Below are positions 1 to 13,100 of a DNA stretch of 64,000 nucleotides, piece after piece. Origin of the DNA: Paragordius varius. Lineage: Eukaryota > Animalia > Nematomorpha. The notes under the pieces were generated by a model that was not told the origin of the DNA, did not search any database, and worked only from the letters and a program-made list of their open reading frames with translations. A program made the translations under genes and the position numbers. Positions within the stretch are counted from its first letter, which is position 1; the number at the start of each line of letters is the position of its first letter. The DNA lies in NCBI GenBank assembly GCA_964247055.1, contig OZ176059.1:186001-250000 (forward strand). The letters run 5' to 3'.

Positions 1-544
1 CACTTCAAGCGTGTCTTAAACACTTCACGTTAGTCTGACTTTTTTGTTTTAATCAAATCGTAAATCATTCATCTATTTTATCGTTTTGACCTGTTTTTAA
101 TTATATAACCTAATTTTAATCAATAGCAACTATTAATAATTGAAAAACCTTATATTTTGTTTTTGAATTCTTAAAATTATTTTGGATATATATAATTTAA
201 CACCGCATTAAAAATATATAAGTTTTCTGGGTTATTATTTACATTTTATAATGGTAAACATTTAAAAGTAAATAAACTTGTTATATTAAAAAATTAGTTT
301 AGATAAAAAAGTGGTTATTGTATAAAAATTTTTTATTTTTTGAATAAATATATAATATAAAAAATTATTTTTTAAAAAAAATACATCCATAAATCATGGT
401 TAAATCGAAATTAAAATTTTTTTTGGACCAACTTGAAGTGTTCAAGAACCTTAAAACATTCAAGGACCAACTTAAAGTGTTCAAGGACCAATTTGAAAGG
501 ACCAACTTGAAATGTTCAAGGACACTCTTGAAGTGCAAATGGTA
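1..544. mobile_element. MITE family R3 copy (left end cut by window edge), with 21-bp GGACCAACTTGAAGTGTTCAA subterminal array
   Basis: Tandem 21-mers at about 425-530 end in CTTGAAGTGCAAATGGTA (544), the same terminus as the complete copies at 30861-31378 and 32923-33365; the window starts inside the left arm (CACTTCAAG). Confidence 0.75.
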
Positions 545-559
545 TATTTAGATATTTTA

Positions 560-655
560 AAATTATAGAAACACATAATTCTTTTTAGGCTAAGTTTGAA
601 TTGTTCGAGGGTGAATTTAAATTGTTTGAGGGTAAATTTGAAAAGTAAATGGTAT
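560..655. mobile_element. MITE family R2, right arm fragment
   Basis: GGGTGAATTTGAATTGTTC-type 21-mers ending in AGTAAATGGTA, directly after the R3 copy. Confidence 0.7.
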
Positions 656-1081
656 ATAAAATTTTTGGTAAATTTATATGTGTAGTATAATTTTGGCTAT
701 TTTGATTTTAGTTAAATGACTGAGCATATAACTGCAGCTTGTTTGAATGTTTTATTATTACTTTTTATCTGACATTTATAGGCGGCCCCAAAAATATTTC
801 ATAAAAAACGAAATTTATGATTGAATTGGTGGTTTGGAAGCGTTGATACCGCAAAAAATATATAGCTTAAAAAAATTTATAGATGAATTTGTCATTTAAA
901 CCACATTCAACTTTTGCCCTTTAAGTTTTTTCTATCTATATTAACGGGGGGCCAAAAAATTACGGTAACATAATAGCAAAATAAGTTCCATATTTTTTTA
1001 AGACTCTGAAAGCTGAAGGTAGTTAGTTTAAATACATTATATCATCCACATCAAACAGGCACAATATAAGTTATTATAAAC

Positions 1082-4000
1082 CATTTTGGGGACCCTTAAT
1101 GGGTGCAAGGCTATTGCCACATTAAAAACATCCATAGCAAAAATCTCAATCTCTTCGTCGTTGACTGCAACTTTATTAGCATCACGGATTAATAAACGAG
1201 CTGTTTTCCTCGCATAATCCATAAAATGAGCCCGGGAGATCTATCATAGCCATAAAAATGTAGTTCAGTACGAGTAAGAAATATACATTTCTAGTCTTTT
1301 TATTCATATATTGTTGCCCGATAACGTATAAAAATTAGAATTATCGGATAAAACCTGAAAATATATAATTGATTGTGTTACCAATATATATCTCTATTTC
1401 ATACATTGCAATTTTTAACTCTAATTATATATTTGAAAAAATTATGATTCATAAAGTATGGCTGTCTTTTGAAAAAAAAATTGTGTTTATATTTTTACGT
1501 TTTGTCCGTATAATTTATATATATATATATATACAAAGCAAAAGCAAATATTATTGACCAAAGGCTTTTTTCGTTTTTTTACCTCTTAAACAATAATAAT
1601 ACTTTTCTTTGCTATTATCTGGCAAAATTTATTACCAGCAAAGTACAGCTAATACAGTACCTTGAATCCATCGTATATTAACCTAATAATGAGTTTAACT
1701 GTTAATAAATTTCAATGAAATAATTTTAATGATACCTCTCTATCTCGGTTTGTTATACGTTTCTTTTCTATCTTAATTAAGGGTTTGGGCACATCAAACT
1801 ACACATAAAAATATAATTTATTTGGTAAAATACCTTAATTTGTTTGCTATATACAGTGCACCTATAAAATATCTCGATAATAATGTATGGATCAGGATTT
1901 CATGGTGCGATTTTACGAATGATATAAGTTATTGCCACTTTTGTCGTAACTGCTACATATCAGAAAATGGTAAAATTTGCACATAATTTGCTAAATAAAT
2001 ATTTTTTGGTAAAACCTATAATAGGTTCATCTCACAGTATAAATTTGATTATCTTTTTAAACAAGAGATCATGGAGCGGGAGGGGGAAGCCATTCACAGA
2101 TTCATGCACCAGGTGCCAGAAATACAAGCTACGCCTCTGACCAATATAGATTACAAAAAATATCACTTAAATTATTATAAAATATATAAAAGCAAAACAT
2201 TATCTTAAAATATATTATGTAGGCCAAAGTCTCGAGTTATAAAATCTTGGCTTTTTTCTTTAATTTTCAGCTTGAAGGCGAGTCAAAAATGTGAGATTTT
2301 GGAAGTCCACATCTTTTAAATTTTTATAAATGAACTCTTTTGCATTTTAAATATAGTATATGACATAATTGATGAGATTTTTTTGGAATAAAACATTTAG
2401 TTTTCATAAGATTTGTAGTCAGCATAATAGTTGCTATTTTTTATAATAAAGCAAACGATTGCCACAATGCTATAACTTTCTTCACTTGTGAGGCTCAAAC
2501 CAAATCAACATTAGCAGAAAATACTGCAACTATCCACTCTGTCCTTTAGATGAGTATCTAGCACGAAACAGCCTGCGATTACTGCACAAAGTTTTGATTA
2601 TAAAATATTATTGTGATAGATTTTATATACCATTTACAATTCAAAATGATCCTTGATTGAATTGTTCAAGGGTAAATTTGAAATGTAAATGATATATTTT
2701 GTTATATTTAAATCAGAAAGCCTATGAGACTAAGTGAGTTCAATAAGGGCCGGAAATAATTACCTAAAACTAATATTTTAATATAGGGGGTTATTTTAAT
2801 AAGTCCCTAGGCAAGTTTCACACCCTGAAAAATGCCCCCCCATAGAATTTTAGTTGTGAAGCAATATTTCCAAGAACTTACAGGAACATAGGGAACTGAT
2901 AATTCAAGATATTCTCCATATATGTAAGAATATTGCCCAACGCTTTTTTATTTCACTAGGTAAGAAGCTACCTGCCAAAAACTGCGTCTTTATATAGAAA
3001 TTGCGTTGTTTCGGAGCTAATTTACAGAAAATTTGTGAAGCCAAATGAGCTCATTAAAAGCTGGAAATATTACCCGTAAAAAATTAAGGTCATACGTTTT
3101 TTTATTAGCCATTAATTTGGGGGTTTTATGCCCTAAAAATACGCCATCATATAACGAATATATAGTGTTGAAGTATTTTTTCGAATAACCCATGAGACGA
3201 TGGTATCAAAGATTCCAAATATTGCCTTCTAAAGGCAAAGAATTTGACTCGCGCTCTTTCCATATAGGTCCATGGGTAGGGGACTATCGGTTTAAGATTG
3301 AGAAATCATACAAAAATGGCGTGGTTTTGGAGTAAATTTTCAAAAACTTAAGAAGCTATACGAGTTCAATAAAGGCTTTAAATAATACCGTAAAAAGGTA
3401 AAAATTATAGTATAGCGGTTTTTTCCGTTAGCCGTCAATTTGGGGCCTTCACACCAACAAACAATATATTAGTATGAATGTACAGTTTTAATTATTCTAT
3501 TAAGCACCTTATAAATCATATATGAGAGCATAACTCTTAAATAATGATCGAAATAATCATATATGGATCACAATTTTGTTGATCCCTATTACTCCACTTA
3601 ATAATTTCATTTTATGTATCTTTTTTTGGTTAAAGATTTAAAATTTTATACTACAAAATTTTTAAAAGTGGATAATTTCAAGTTTAAACATAATTCACAA
3701 AAATAGGTTGGTTTTTTTTGTACTTACATTACGTAGCTTACTTTAAAACTAAAAGTCTTTTGACTATAATCTTGCATTAGTTCCATCCCGAAAAATGGAC
3801 CTGCAAATTTATCCAATGTTAAGGCATTCAAAGCTAAATTGAAATTCCAAACTTCATCGTCAACTAGATTTGAAAAAAATGGAATATAGATCATGATTTT
3901 CTATTTTGATAATATTTGTTTGTATGAGTGTCAAGGGCTATTAAATCGGTAAAAAAATTTGATAAAAATTGATACGGACAAAACGTAAAAATATAAAGAC

Positions 4001-7000
4001 TAATATATTTTTTCTAAAACTCAACTATACATTTATCTTAATTATTAATGATAATTCATTGTTTAAAATTTACAAATTATAAAATAGAGATGGTGGTAAC
4101 ATAATCAATTACATATTTAAAATAATTATTGAATCATTTTATTAGGATAAATTAAGTTTTGAAAAGTATAGTTGTCTTTAGAAAAACAAATGGTATTTAT
4201 ATTTTTTACGTTTTGTCTGTATAATTTCAATTATTTCATAAACTAAAAAAATCGCTTACAATTTGACAATAGCCAAATTTAAATTATTGGCTTTAGATGT
4301 AGTTATGAAATTAAAATTATAGATTTGTTTAACGCTAACGTTATATTTCGTTATTTTTTCTTTTCCGTTAACTTTATTTGAGTGTATGGTACGAAGGATT
4401 TTATTTAAAAAAAATTATTCTTAACATGTTATGCACAGTTAAAAAATAAATATTTTACTTGTAGGTGTATTGGTGTCAACTGTATCATCATTATTAGGTT
4501 GTTTGGTGTTAGAGTTATTGTTAAAGCGTATTTTTTCTGTCCAAAGAGATGATGATTTGTCCCCTAATAACAACCACCAATCACCAACCTACGGTATAAT
4601 TCAAAAATTATATATATAGAGTTGTAAAAAAGACTAACTATTTTTAATAAATTATTTCGGAAAAAAGGTCTATTTTAATTAAAAATAATTTTTGAGTAGT
4701 TATTTTCATTAACGTTTCATGACTTTTTCACTTTTTTGTCTTGGTTGACATATTGGGGTAGTTATATATCCCAAAGATCAGTTTGTAAAAAACTACTGAA
4801 AGTTATATTTTGGTTTATCCAACATTTCATGTATTAGATTAAAAAGCTTATATCTTTACAGTTTGACATCTGCTAAAATTGGAACATCTTTAAAACATGG
4901 AAACGTGCAGATCATATCAATTTTTTGCTGATAAAATATGGCCTTAAAGCTTTTTAAATTATTTAAATTTTCTAATTATAATATACCTTTGTTCGTCTGT
5001 TGCATTAACGATTTAAATAATTTTATAGAAAAAATAATAGGCGGCGAAAAAGTTTGAGATGAGGATTTATTTATAATTTTACATTTTTTTAAAAAAAATA
5101 TTTTGCTTAATGTGCCTAAAAGGTTAAGAAAAGTAAAATTTTAAATTCGGCTCATTATATACCTTTTAAGATATTCAAAGTTAAAATCTTTCTGGGATAT
5201 AAAACTGCACCAAGCATGGCGTGTCTTATCATATATATATATATATTATATATATACCATATTTAAATTCAAATTCACCCTTAAACAATTCAAATTCCCC
5301 CTACAATGCAAATACACACTTGAACAATTCAAATTCACCCTCAACTCAAATATATGTTTTTTAAGATTAAAAATTAATTATATTTTTATATATTTTTGAA
5401 AAATAAAAATCTTGTTTTAAATTAAAATTATACTGAAAAAATAATAAACGAGGCCAAGATACAATTCGTATTATTTTTAGGGTGAATTTAAAAAATGGTA
5501 TATATACATATGTCTTACCTCTTGTATAGTGGCAATGAGTGGTTTTCCCCCTTCATTATCTATCTCGCTTTGACTGATACAATTTTTGTAAACATCGCGT
5601 AATTTAACTTCTACCGAATTATTTCTCGGCTGAAGGTTTCTGAACAAACCATCAATTTAATTTAGTATAAGGGTCAAAAGAATAATTTTAATTCAGTTAA
5701 AATTACAATACAAATTGAAATTATACTGTGACAAAATGTAAAAATAACATGGCAAATAATTTTTTGTTCTAAAGACCGCTGTACTTTTTAAAAACTTTAA
5801 TATAATTTAATTATAACACATAGTTTTAAAGACTAGTGCAAAGTATGAAAACGAGATCCTTGGCCATCTGTTAAATATATATTTTATCATTGTAATCAAA
5901 TAATTTATATGTAAAAATTTAAGGAGTTTAAACAAGTATGGTTATGATTGTCTTTAAAAAAAACTTTTGTCTTTTATATTTTATACGTTTTGTCTGTATA
6001 TGTTCAATTTTTTCTGTAATATTGTTACCATACTTTTGTCCCATCTCGGTATCGGGATATATTAGTGGTTCAGGCCTCTCAAGTTGTATCCTAAGTGACT
6101 GAAGAGCTCTGAGTTTAGCATCTTCCCCAAGATTCATAAAACTATCTTCGGGGGGTATGACATTTTTTAGTTTATATTTGTGGCAAGCAAACGCATAAAA
6201 ATCTCGGCATGGATTAATGTACGGTTTATGATACATTAGGTTAGAAAATCTAAACACAAAATACAGAAATCTTATTTAAGTTAGTTACTTTATTGCAATA
6301 AGTATATATTCAAGTTGGTTGAATTAAAGGTAAAAAAATGTTTTTTTTTTCGTATTGGAGAACCAGTTTAAAAATTGAAATTCCACGTAGCCTATAAGGG
6401 AAAATAACCCAAAAATTTTTTTAAAATAAATTTAAGTGGCTAGAAAAAATAAATTATATAAGACTGCTATGTGCTACGTGATTTCGATAAAAAAGACATT
6501 TCTAAAACGACAAAAAATTCAATTTTTTGATCAATTATTAAATTTCATATTATGAAATTTTACACGGTAAAAAATCTAACTATGATATGAATTTTTGCAT
6601 ATGCCCTTAGTTATTTCTTAAATTGTTACAGTAAAAAATGAAATTATACGGCCAAACGAAAAATAAGACCAATTTCGTTTAAAGACAACCTATCCTCTAA
6701 ACATCATTAATTTAAAATTGTAAATATACAAAATTAATTGTATTACCAATATTTATCCCTATTTTATACTTAACAGTTTTAATCAATATATATAAGTGGG
6801 GTTGTCTTTTAGAAACATTTCATCTTTCTTTTTTGCGTTTTATCCTTATAATTTAAATTTTTACTGTACGAAAAACATTAATCCTGCACGTTTGTCACAT
6901 AAAGGTAATATAAATTAGCCTATATTTTAAAAAGCTTACCTTTGGTAGAGTCCCAGCCAATGTAAACTTAGAAAGGAAATCGTACCTACTAAAATTTCTC

Positions 7001-9268
7001 ACAAAAAATAGCCACATTTAAATTTTGTCCTAAAAACATTTCTTTTTTAGTAATGTAGTGCTGGTCAGGCTAAGAAATCCTACATCAAAAATCGTAACTC
7101 TCAGGAAAGAAATTTAGTCGCGGCCCGCGGGCAGAATTTAACCCTCTGAGAATTTGTGTGCGTTCCCTATTTGGAATCCATAATTTACAAAAACATGTTC
7201 ACAAAATCTTAGTAATTTTCATAATTCTTAGATAATTTTTTCCAAATAAGTCTATCCTAATAGCAAGAATGAGAAAAATTGCTACATTTCATAAATACCC
7301 ACATACATTTCAAATGCGGCCCTCTAAGCCATTTGTGTTGAACACCCCTGATCTAAACACTCATCTATCTATAGCTATACATTTATAAAATTGTGAAATG
7401 GGGCTTTACAGCAATTTTTCTGAATAGTTTGGATCCTTTCGAATTGAATAATAATTTTTTTATTCATTATAAACGCGCTGAGGGCCCATGTTTAGCATGC
7501 GATAATTTTGTATGTATATAAAAATCTTGATGATAAATTACACTAAATTAATTGAACAATCACTAAGAGGGTATGGCAAAAAATAAAATTTTGGTTAATA
7601 TCATATTTTCATTTTCCGCAATTTCATCGAAAAATATTAATTTTGACTAAATCAGAGCGACGCGTTACAGAGATATTAGTATTAATATTAGTAAACCGTT
7701 TAGGTGCTAGTGTGTATCGCAAAAAATGAACAATAAATATACCTGTGCTTTGGTTGATTTTCCAACATTAACTGTGGTACCCCGTTATAAGTGTTTGTTC
7801 CTCCAATTAAATTTTGCGGTCCAGGCATATCAATAACATTATTTATATACGTTTCATCAATTAAATTTTGGCTTCCTCCATCATTCCCAAAAAACTGTTG
7901 TATGGGATTATTTTCTTCTGGGTTGTGTTTAAGGTCATACAAACTCTTTTCGATCTCTTTGGGGTCCCCTATAGCCATATGTGAGAGGACATATGAAGCT
8001 TGGATCAAACAAAATGGTTCATAACACCATACAATTTTACTGTGATTAGTAGAGGTAACATTTTCATTCGTTTCATTCATGTTGGTTCGGTTTGTAGTTA
8101 AATCGTTTATATCTTTCCCCTTTTCCTTATCTAGGATTTCATTATTGCCAAGAGTGTGATTACTTGCCTTTAATAACGTAAGACATTCATCTATTCTAGC
8201 AATCGATGCCATTTGACCGCCATCATACCATCGAGTAATCCAAACAGCTAAAGCTGAAACTAAAAGTATGGCTAAAATCAACGCGAATAGTAAAGCAATC
8301 CATTTTAACAAACTTTTAATCATACATTTACAGGTGTGTCCCACTTTGTTTGTCCACCAGCTAAAACAACAAAGGCTTGTGGGAAAGAGTTTTATGCGTC
8401 GACTTAATATATCCCTCGTCCATAATATTTGATGTGGTTGTGGTGAACATTTATTCCTTTCATAATATTCCCGATTCCCCCCTTTTGAAGAAGCAATAGA
8501 TTTTGAATCCATATTATTTTGATAAGTATTTTCAAAATTTGGAGAACTGATCAAGGTTGATACGGAATAGTTGTTACAACCTTTAACCAAGCATTTCGAA
8601 TTATTTAGGGAATATTTGTGCGTTAGATTTGAATATGGAGTGGTAGATGGGCCAATGACATATGTTATAGTTTGACTTTGGATTTGGGTAGATTGACTAC
8701 TTTTTAAGTAATCAGATTTGTTAGGATATTGGCAATTAGTTGAATTTTTGTTATCATAATATTTATTATTGTAAGTATAAGTTTTAGACTTTTTATATGG
8801 GTCTTCTTCTTGTTGTTCGCTACAATAAACGGTTTGATTATTTTGCCCAGTTAAATATTTCGGGTCCAAAGTTACAGAGTTTTGTTGTCGATATTCGACA
8901 TTGCCCGGGATGGTGAAACAGCTATAATAATAATATTCATTATTACATGTACGATCAATTTTTTGATTCAAAGGTGGTTTTAATCCATTTTCATTATGAT
9001 ATATGGAGGAGTTAAGGTCATAATTATAATTATTATTATTATATGTGTTTAAACTGTTGCGATTAAGAGTGTTAATAGCTTTTTTATTACCATATTTATT
9101 CTCATTGTTTTTTGCCATCCAATAATCCTCATTATTATTAACCAATGCAATTTCCCTTATCTCACATTTTTCCACACTATAATACTTGTAAGAAGTTGAT
9201 TCAGATTGTTGGAAACTTTCCTCCGAATTCAATATATTTTCCAAGGCATTTTTACCGTTAAAATCCAT
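1082..9268 (-). CDS. M13-family (neprilysin/ECE-like) type II membrane metallopeptidase, 5' part; catalytic HExxH region lies left of the window
   Basis: Phase-consistent GT-AG exons: 9268(or acceptor at 9309)-7743, 6249-6034, 5639-5519, 4588-4459, 3863-3742, 1798-1736, 1240-about 1082/1094 (last donor uncertain). Joined protein has a TM helix (WIALLFALILAILLVSALAVWI), CYEPFC..ASYVLSHM, NPCRDFYAFAC, LRDVYKNCISQSEIDNEGGKPL, VGDWWLL, PFFGMEL and AHFMDYARKTARLL, matching the M13 N-terminal domain motifs in order. The 41 nt upstream of the 9268 ATG are open in frame after an AG at 9311/9310, so the true start may be in an upstream exon. Confidence 0.88.
3000..3470. repeat. Degenerate two-unit direct repeat, period about 315-320 bp
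   Basis: TACCCGTAAAAA at 3071 and 3386, AATTTGGGG at about 3114 and 3437, and GCGT(T/G)GTTT..GGAG at about 3004 and 3320 recur with the same spacing. Confidence 0.5.
5253..5500. mobile_element. MITE family R2 copy
   Basis: TACCAT..TTCAAATTCACCC 21-mer arm on the left and GGGTGAATTT..AAATGGTA on the right; ends 17 nt from the minus-strand donor at 5518. Confidence 0.7.
7100..7350 (-). mobile_element. Non-autonomous hAT remnant
   Basis: Reverse complement starts CAGGGGTGTTCAACACAAATGGCTTAGAGGGCCGCATTT, a typical hAT terminus; related ends at about 48154, 58311 and 60905-60917. No matching TSD found. Confidence 0.5.
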
Positions 9269-10993
9269 TTTGATAGGAATACCTTTGTCTGTCCAGGAGG
9301 GACAAAAACCTAAATGAATCTTTTAAATTTAAAATGGCATAACTAGTCTTAATAGTTAATAAAAAAAATTATATATAGTATAATTTTAACTATCCTAACT
9401 AATATACTCTATGCTTGCTGACACTAATTGTATATTTCAAATAGCGGTACATAGGGAAATAGATAAAGGCTTTGTTGTACCATTCAATTCCTTTTCATAA
9501 AAAGAAGGTACTTAGAGTCAACACTCATAAAAACGGTTATATGCACTATCAATAAAAGTTGTAAAATTTTAGTAATTAAAAGAAGAAAAAACTTTTAAAT
9601 GCTGTAATAAGGAAATATATTTATGTATGATCTGGTTTGTAATTAACCATTTCTATCGGTTCATTACCAAGGTTAATTACACTATTTGGATTAATTAAGT
9701 TTCCAACTAATATACAGTAACGTATGGTACTAAACAACAAATGGTTGAAATTAAACAATTTTTTCCCCATCTTTTAAAATTAATTTATTTTTTAAATTAT
9801 GAACCAATTTTGTTTTTTACTATACGTTGCTCACAAATTGCAGTTTGGGCAAACATGCCCCCTAAAAATCTAAGCTATGGAAAGATTTGTTAAATTATAT
9901 ATATAAATATCATAGAAAAAAAACCCTTATTGAAAAAAAATAATAATCTTTTATTACAAATTATTAATATCTCATAAATAAAGAATATCATTTTTGACAA
10001 TGTTCTGATTTAATTGAAGGTTTTGAATACATGAGAGCACATTGGTAATTAATTTTAACACATTATTATCATTTGATATTAATACCGCAGAGTGAAATAT
10101 GAAACATTTTGAAAATATCAATGATATTTATTGGGGCAATTATTTTGGTATTTTTGCGCATAATATTTTATACACATATAAAATTGAAAAATCTTCACTT
10201 CGAACTTGCCGCCATTTTTTTCGGGGTTCAATAATGATTTGAATAGAATAATTAAAATATAGCGTTGTATCCGACTGTTAAATCAATAGGAACCTTAATA
10301 TTACCATAAAACCTAACACCATATGACTTTTTGGGTAATTACAACCCCAGGGCTATTTAAAATTTAAATATCGTAAAATTTTTTTATCATTGAGCCAAAG
10401 TTAAAAAAATGTAATCTTTAGTTTAGGCGCATGATATAATTTTTTAAATGTAAAATTGTAAAAATTTCCTCCCCTAAAATTTTTAACCTTTATTTTTTCT
10501 TACAATTTTTTATGATTAGAAACTTTTAGAGAATATTTTAGAAATTTAGCAGCAAATTTTCGTTAATCGATTTTATCAGTTGTTCGTTTCAATCATGTTT
10601 TGGAGTTGTCCCAATTTATGACTCTAGAAGCCAAAGTAATAAAAGTTTTTATCTAATACATGAGAAGAAGGTTTGATTTTTTAACATACAACGCCTAAAG
10701 ATTGGCTTGTATACTACTTTAACATTTGTGGTAGAAAATTACCCCAAAATTTCACCTGGGACAAAAAATGAAAAGGTCATGAACTATTTAAAGTTGTTAA
10801 CTAAAAATGGTGCCTAATTAATTGATTTGAAATTTAACAAATTAAATTTTAATTTTGTATGTATTGGCTCATTCCCGTTATTACACGAAAATACAATATA
10901 AAATCCACCCGCTTTAGGAGTTTTGAAAATTTATCAATTTAGAGTCCTGAGGTTTCCGGATACTAAAAATTATATCGAAAATCTAAAATGTTT

Positions 10994-10998
<5 letters not shown>

Positions 10999-11038
<40 letters not shown>
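10999..11038. repeat. (TA)20 microsatellite at the Helitron 3' junction
   Basis: Pure TA run; similar runs near 18150, 20305, 20820, 31770, 35495, 38145, 40210, 42630 and 55125. Confidence 0.95.
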
Positions 11039-11039
<1 letters not shown>

Positions 11040-11628
11040 TAGCGTAAATCTCGTGCTGCTACGCAGCCCGAGGAAGTCCTTCGGACTTCTGGGGGGCTAT
11101 TTGAAAAAAGGGATAATAAAATGATCCACATATGTGGATTATTTCGAAACATCAGTTATTAGCTATGATCTCATAGGGATATTAAAACGGTGCATTCATA
11201 CTAATATATTGTTTACTTGGGCGAAAAATAGATTCAAAATTATTTTTGTGGACTTTGATTTTTTTAAAAAATGGCATTTTACGGGAGGAGCGGGTAAAAA
11301 GAGGGCCTAAACTAAAAAAGCGAGCCGACAAGTTTCGGCGCAATTTAAAATAAGTAAACAAAAATCATATTTGAATTTGAATGGTCCAACACGTTTTGCG
11401 GAAAATTGTCTCAACGACACGATTTTTGTGGACTTCTGTTTTCAAAAAAACGCGTTTTGTGCACAGGGTTGTCCCGAACTGGGGGCCTAATTCAAAAAAA
11501 AGGGTGACGCTATTGTCGGGGCATTCATTAATGATTATATGTTTTCGATATTTGGATTTGAATGGGTCTATCGGTTTTCCGGAAACAGATCACAAAGCCA
11601 GCATTTTCCATTTTTATAAATCTTTAGA
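11039..11628 (-). mobile_element. Complete non-autonomous Helitron (590 bp)
   Basis: On the minus strand: A|TCTAAAGATTTATAAAAATGG... at the 5' end and ...CGGGCTGCGTAGCAGCACG-AGATTTACG-CTAG|T at the 3' end. This gives 5' TC, a GC-rich hairpin 9 nt before 3' CTAG, insertion between A and T, and no TSD. Confidence 0.8.
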
Positions 11629-11779
11629 TAAATAAAATTGTAAACGCTTATATTTCAGTCCGTACAAAATCTGGCATATAATAGACATCTGTGGATAAAA
11701 TTCTGATAGAAAATCGGGGTTTCGATGGTCGTTTTGGTTCTGAATGTTTCGAAAAATTATATGCAATATAGAAGTTACC

Positions 11780-13100
11780 CCATATCAGAAATGGCGAAAT
11801 TTGGGAACATTTTGTTAATTTTTTTGGTTAAGCTAGATGTTTTCATAAAATACCATAAAAATTAAAAATTTTATATACTTCATTTAAGTGGCAAAGGTTA
11901 TTTTTTAAAAAGTTAACTTTTTTATCTAGGCTCCGAAATTCCCATAATTTTTATATCTTTAATATAAGGCTAGTTATCTTATATTAATCTCAATGCTCGG
12001 ATCCCCCGATAAAATTGCTAAATATATGCCAAATTTGATATCAATAATTATTAAAAAAAACACAGTGTACACAAAAATATCATGATTAAATATGTATATT
12101 CCCATAAAATAATGTATCAGGAATTTAATGTGGAATTAGATATAAGAAAGTCATTTACACTTTTTTGGCAAGTGTTCATATCAAAAAATGGCAAAATTTT
12201 AGGACATTTTTGCAAAAATTTCTTTAATGAAAGCTGAATGCTTCATTCTAAACAATATCACTAAAATATATCATAAACTTCTTATAAAGAGTAAACCAAT
12301 ATTTTTATAATATTTAAAATATTAGATGTGGGCTCCGAAAGTCCCATTTTTTGTTCTTCGATAACTGATAAGTCTTTTTAAAAAAACGCAAAAATGTCGG
12401 GATTGCGTGATAAAATTTTTAATTATATACTTTGGACATAAAAAATATTTTTTTTTGCATAATTTCATAAATTTAATTTAGCAAAATTTTGTTGAAGCCC
12501 ACTTGATCCTTTGTTTAGGCAATGAAAACCACATATAAACGCTTTTACATATTATTCAAACACTTTTTTATATAAATTAATACTGAACATTTTTATTACC
12601 TCAGATTTTTTTATTCATTTCTTTTTAAATTTATGTCAAATTTTTTGTGTTTTTATATGAAAATTCACAAAAATTTGAAGGTAAACAATTTATTAAATCA
12701 AAATTCTGAAGCGATTGAAATAACTCTATAGCAAACATTTTTACTATAAAAAGTGTTTTTAACATAATAGTATGAAGTAAGCTTCAACAAAATTTTGCTA
12801 AAAATCGAAATTTTTTAATAAGCAATATAAAATATTTTTTTCGTATCAAAAATTATTTCCCAAAATTCCAGCCTTTTTGCGTTTATTTACGCCCGTTTTA
12901 GAAGAGCAAGAAAATTTGGGACTTTCGGACCCCACCTACAAAAATAATATCAAAATATTGTTTTGCTTTTAAATGGTTGATGATTTAATGACTTTAAAAA
13001 TGAAGCAAACTATCATCAAAAAAGTTTATTACGAAAAAACTGGTCAAATTTTGACATATTCTGTAATAGAGCACTTAGTTCAAATTTGTAAAGTTTATAT
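11780..13100. repeat. Degenerate about 400-bp direct repeat followed by an inverted copy (foldback-like)
   Basis: GGCTCCGAAA(T/G)TCCCA at 11929 and 12331 (period 402); inverted pairs 12329-12346/12917-12934 (17/18) and 12479-12498/12781-12800 (20/20) centred near 12635. Confidence 0.6.

Noticed and set aside
1661-1682. 22-nt microexon candidate (VNIRWIQ)
   Set aside because: It would shift the frame; exons 1798-1736 and 1240 already join in phase 0.
4860-4942. Possible extra NEP-like exon (AIFYQQKIDMICTFPCF...)
   Set aside because: It ends in phase 2 with no compatible downstream acceptor; exon 5639-5519 joins 4588-4459 directly and restores the expected motif.
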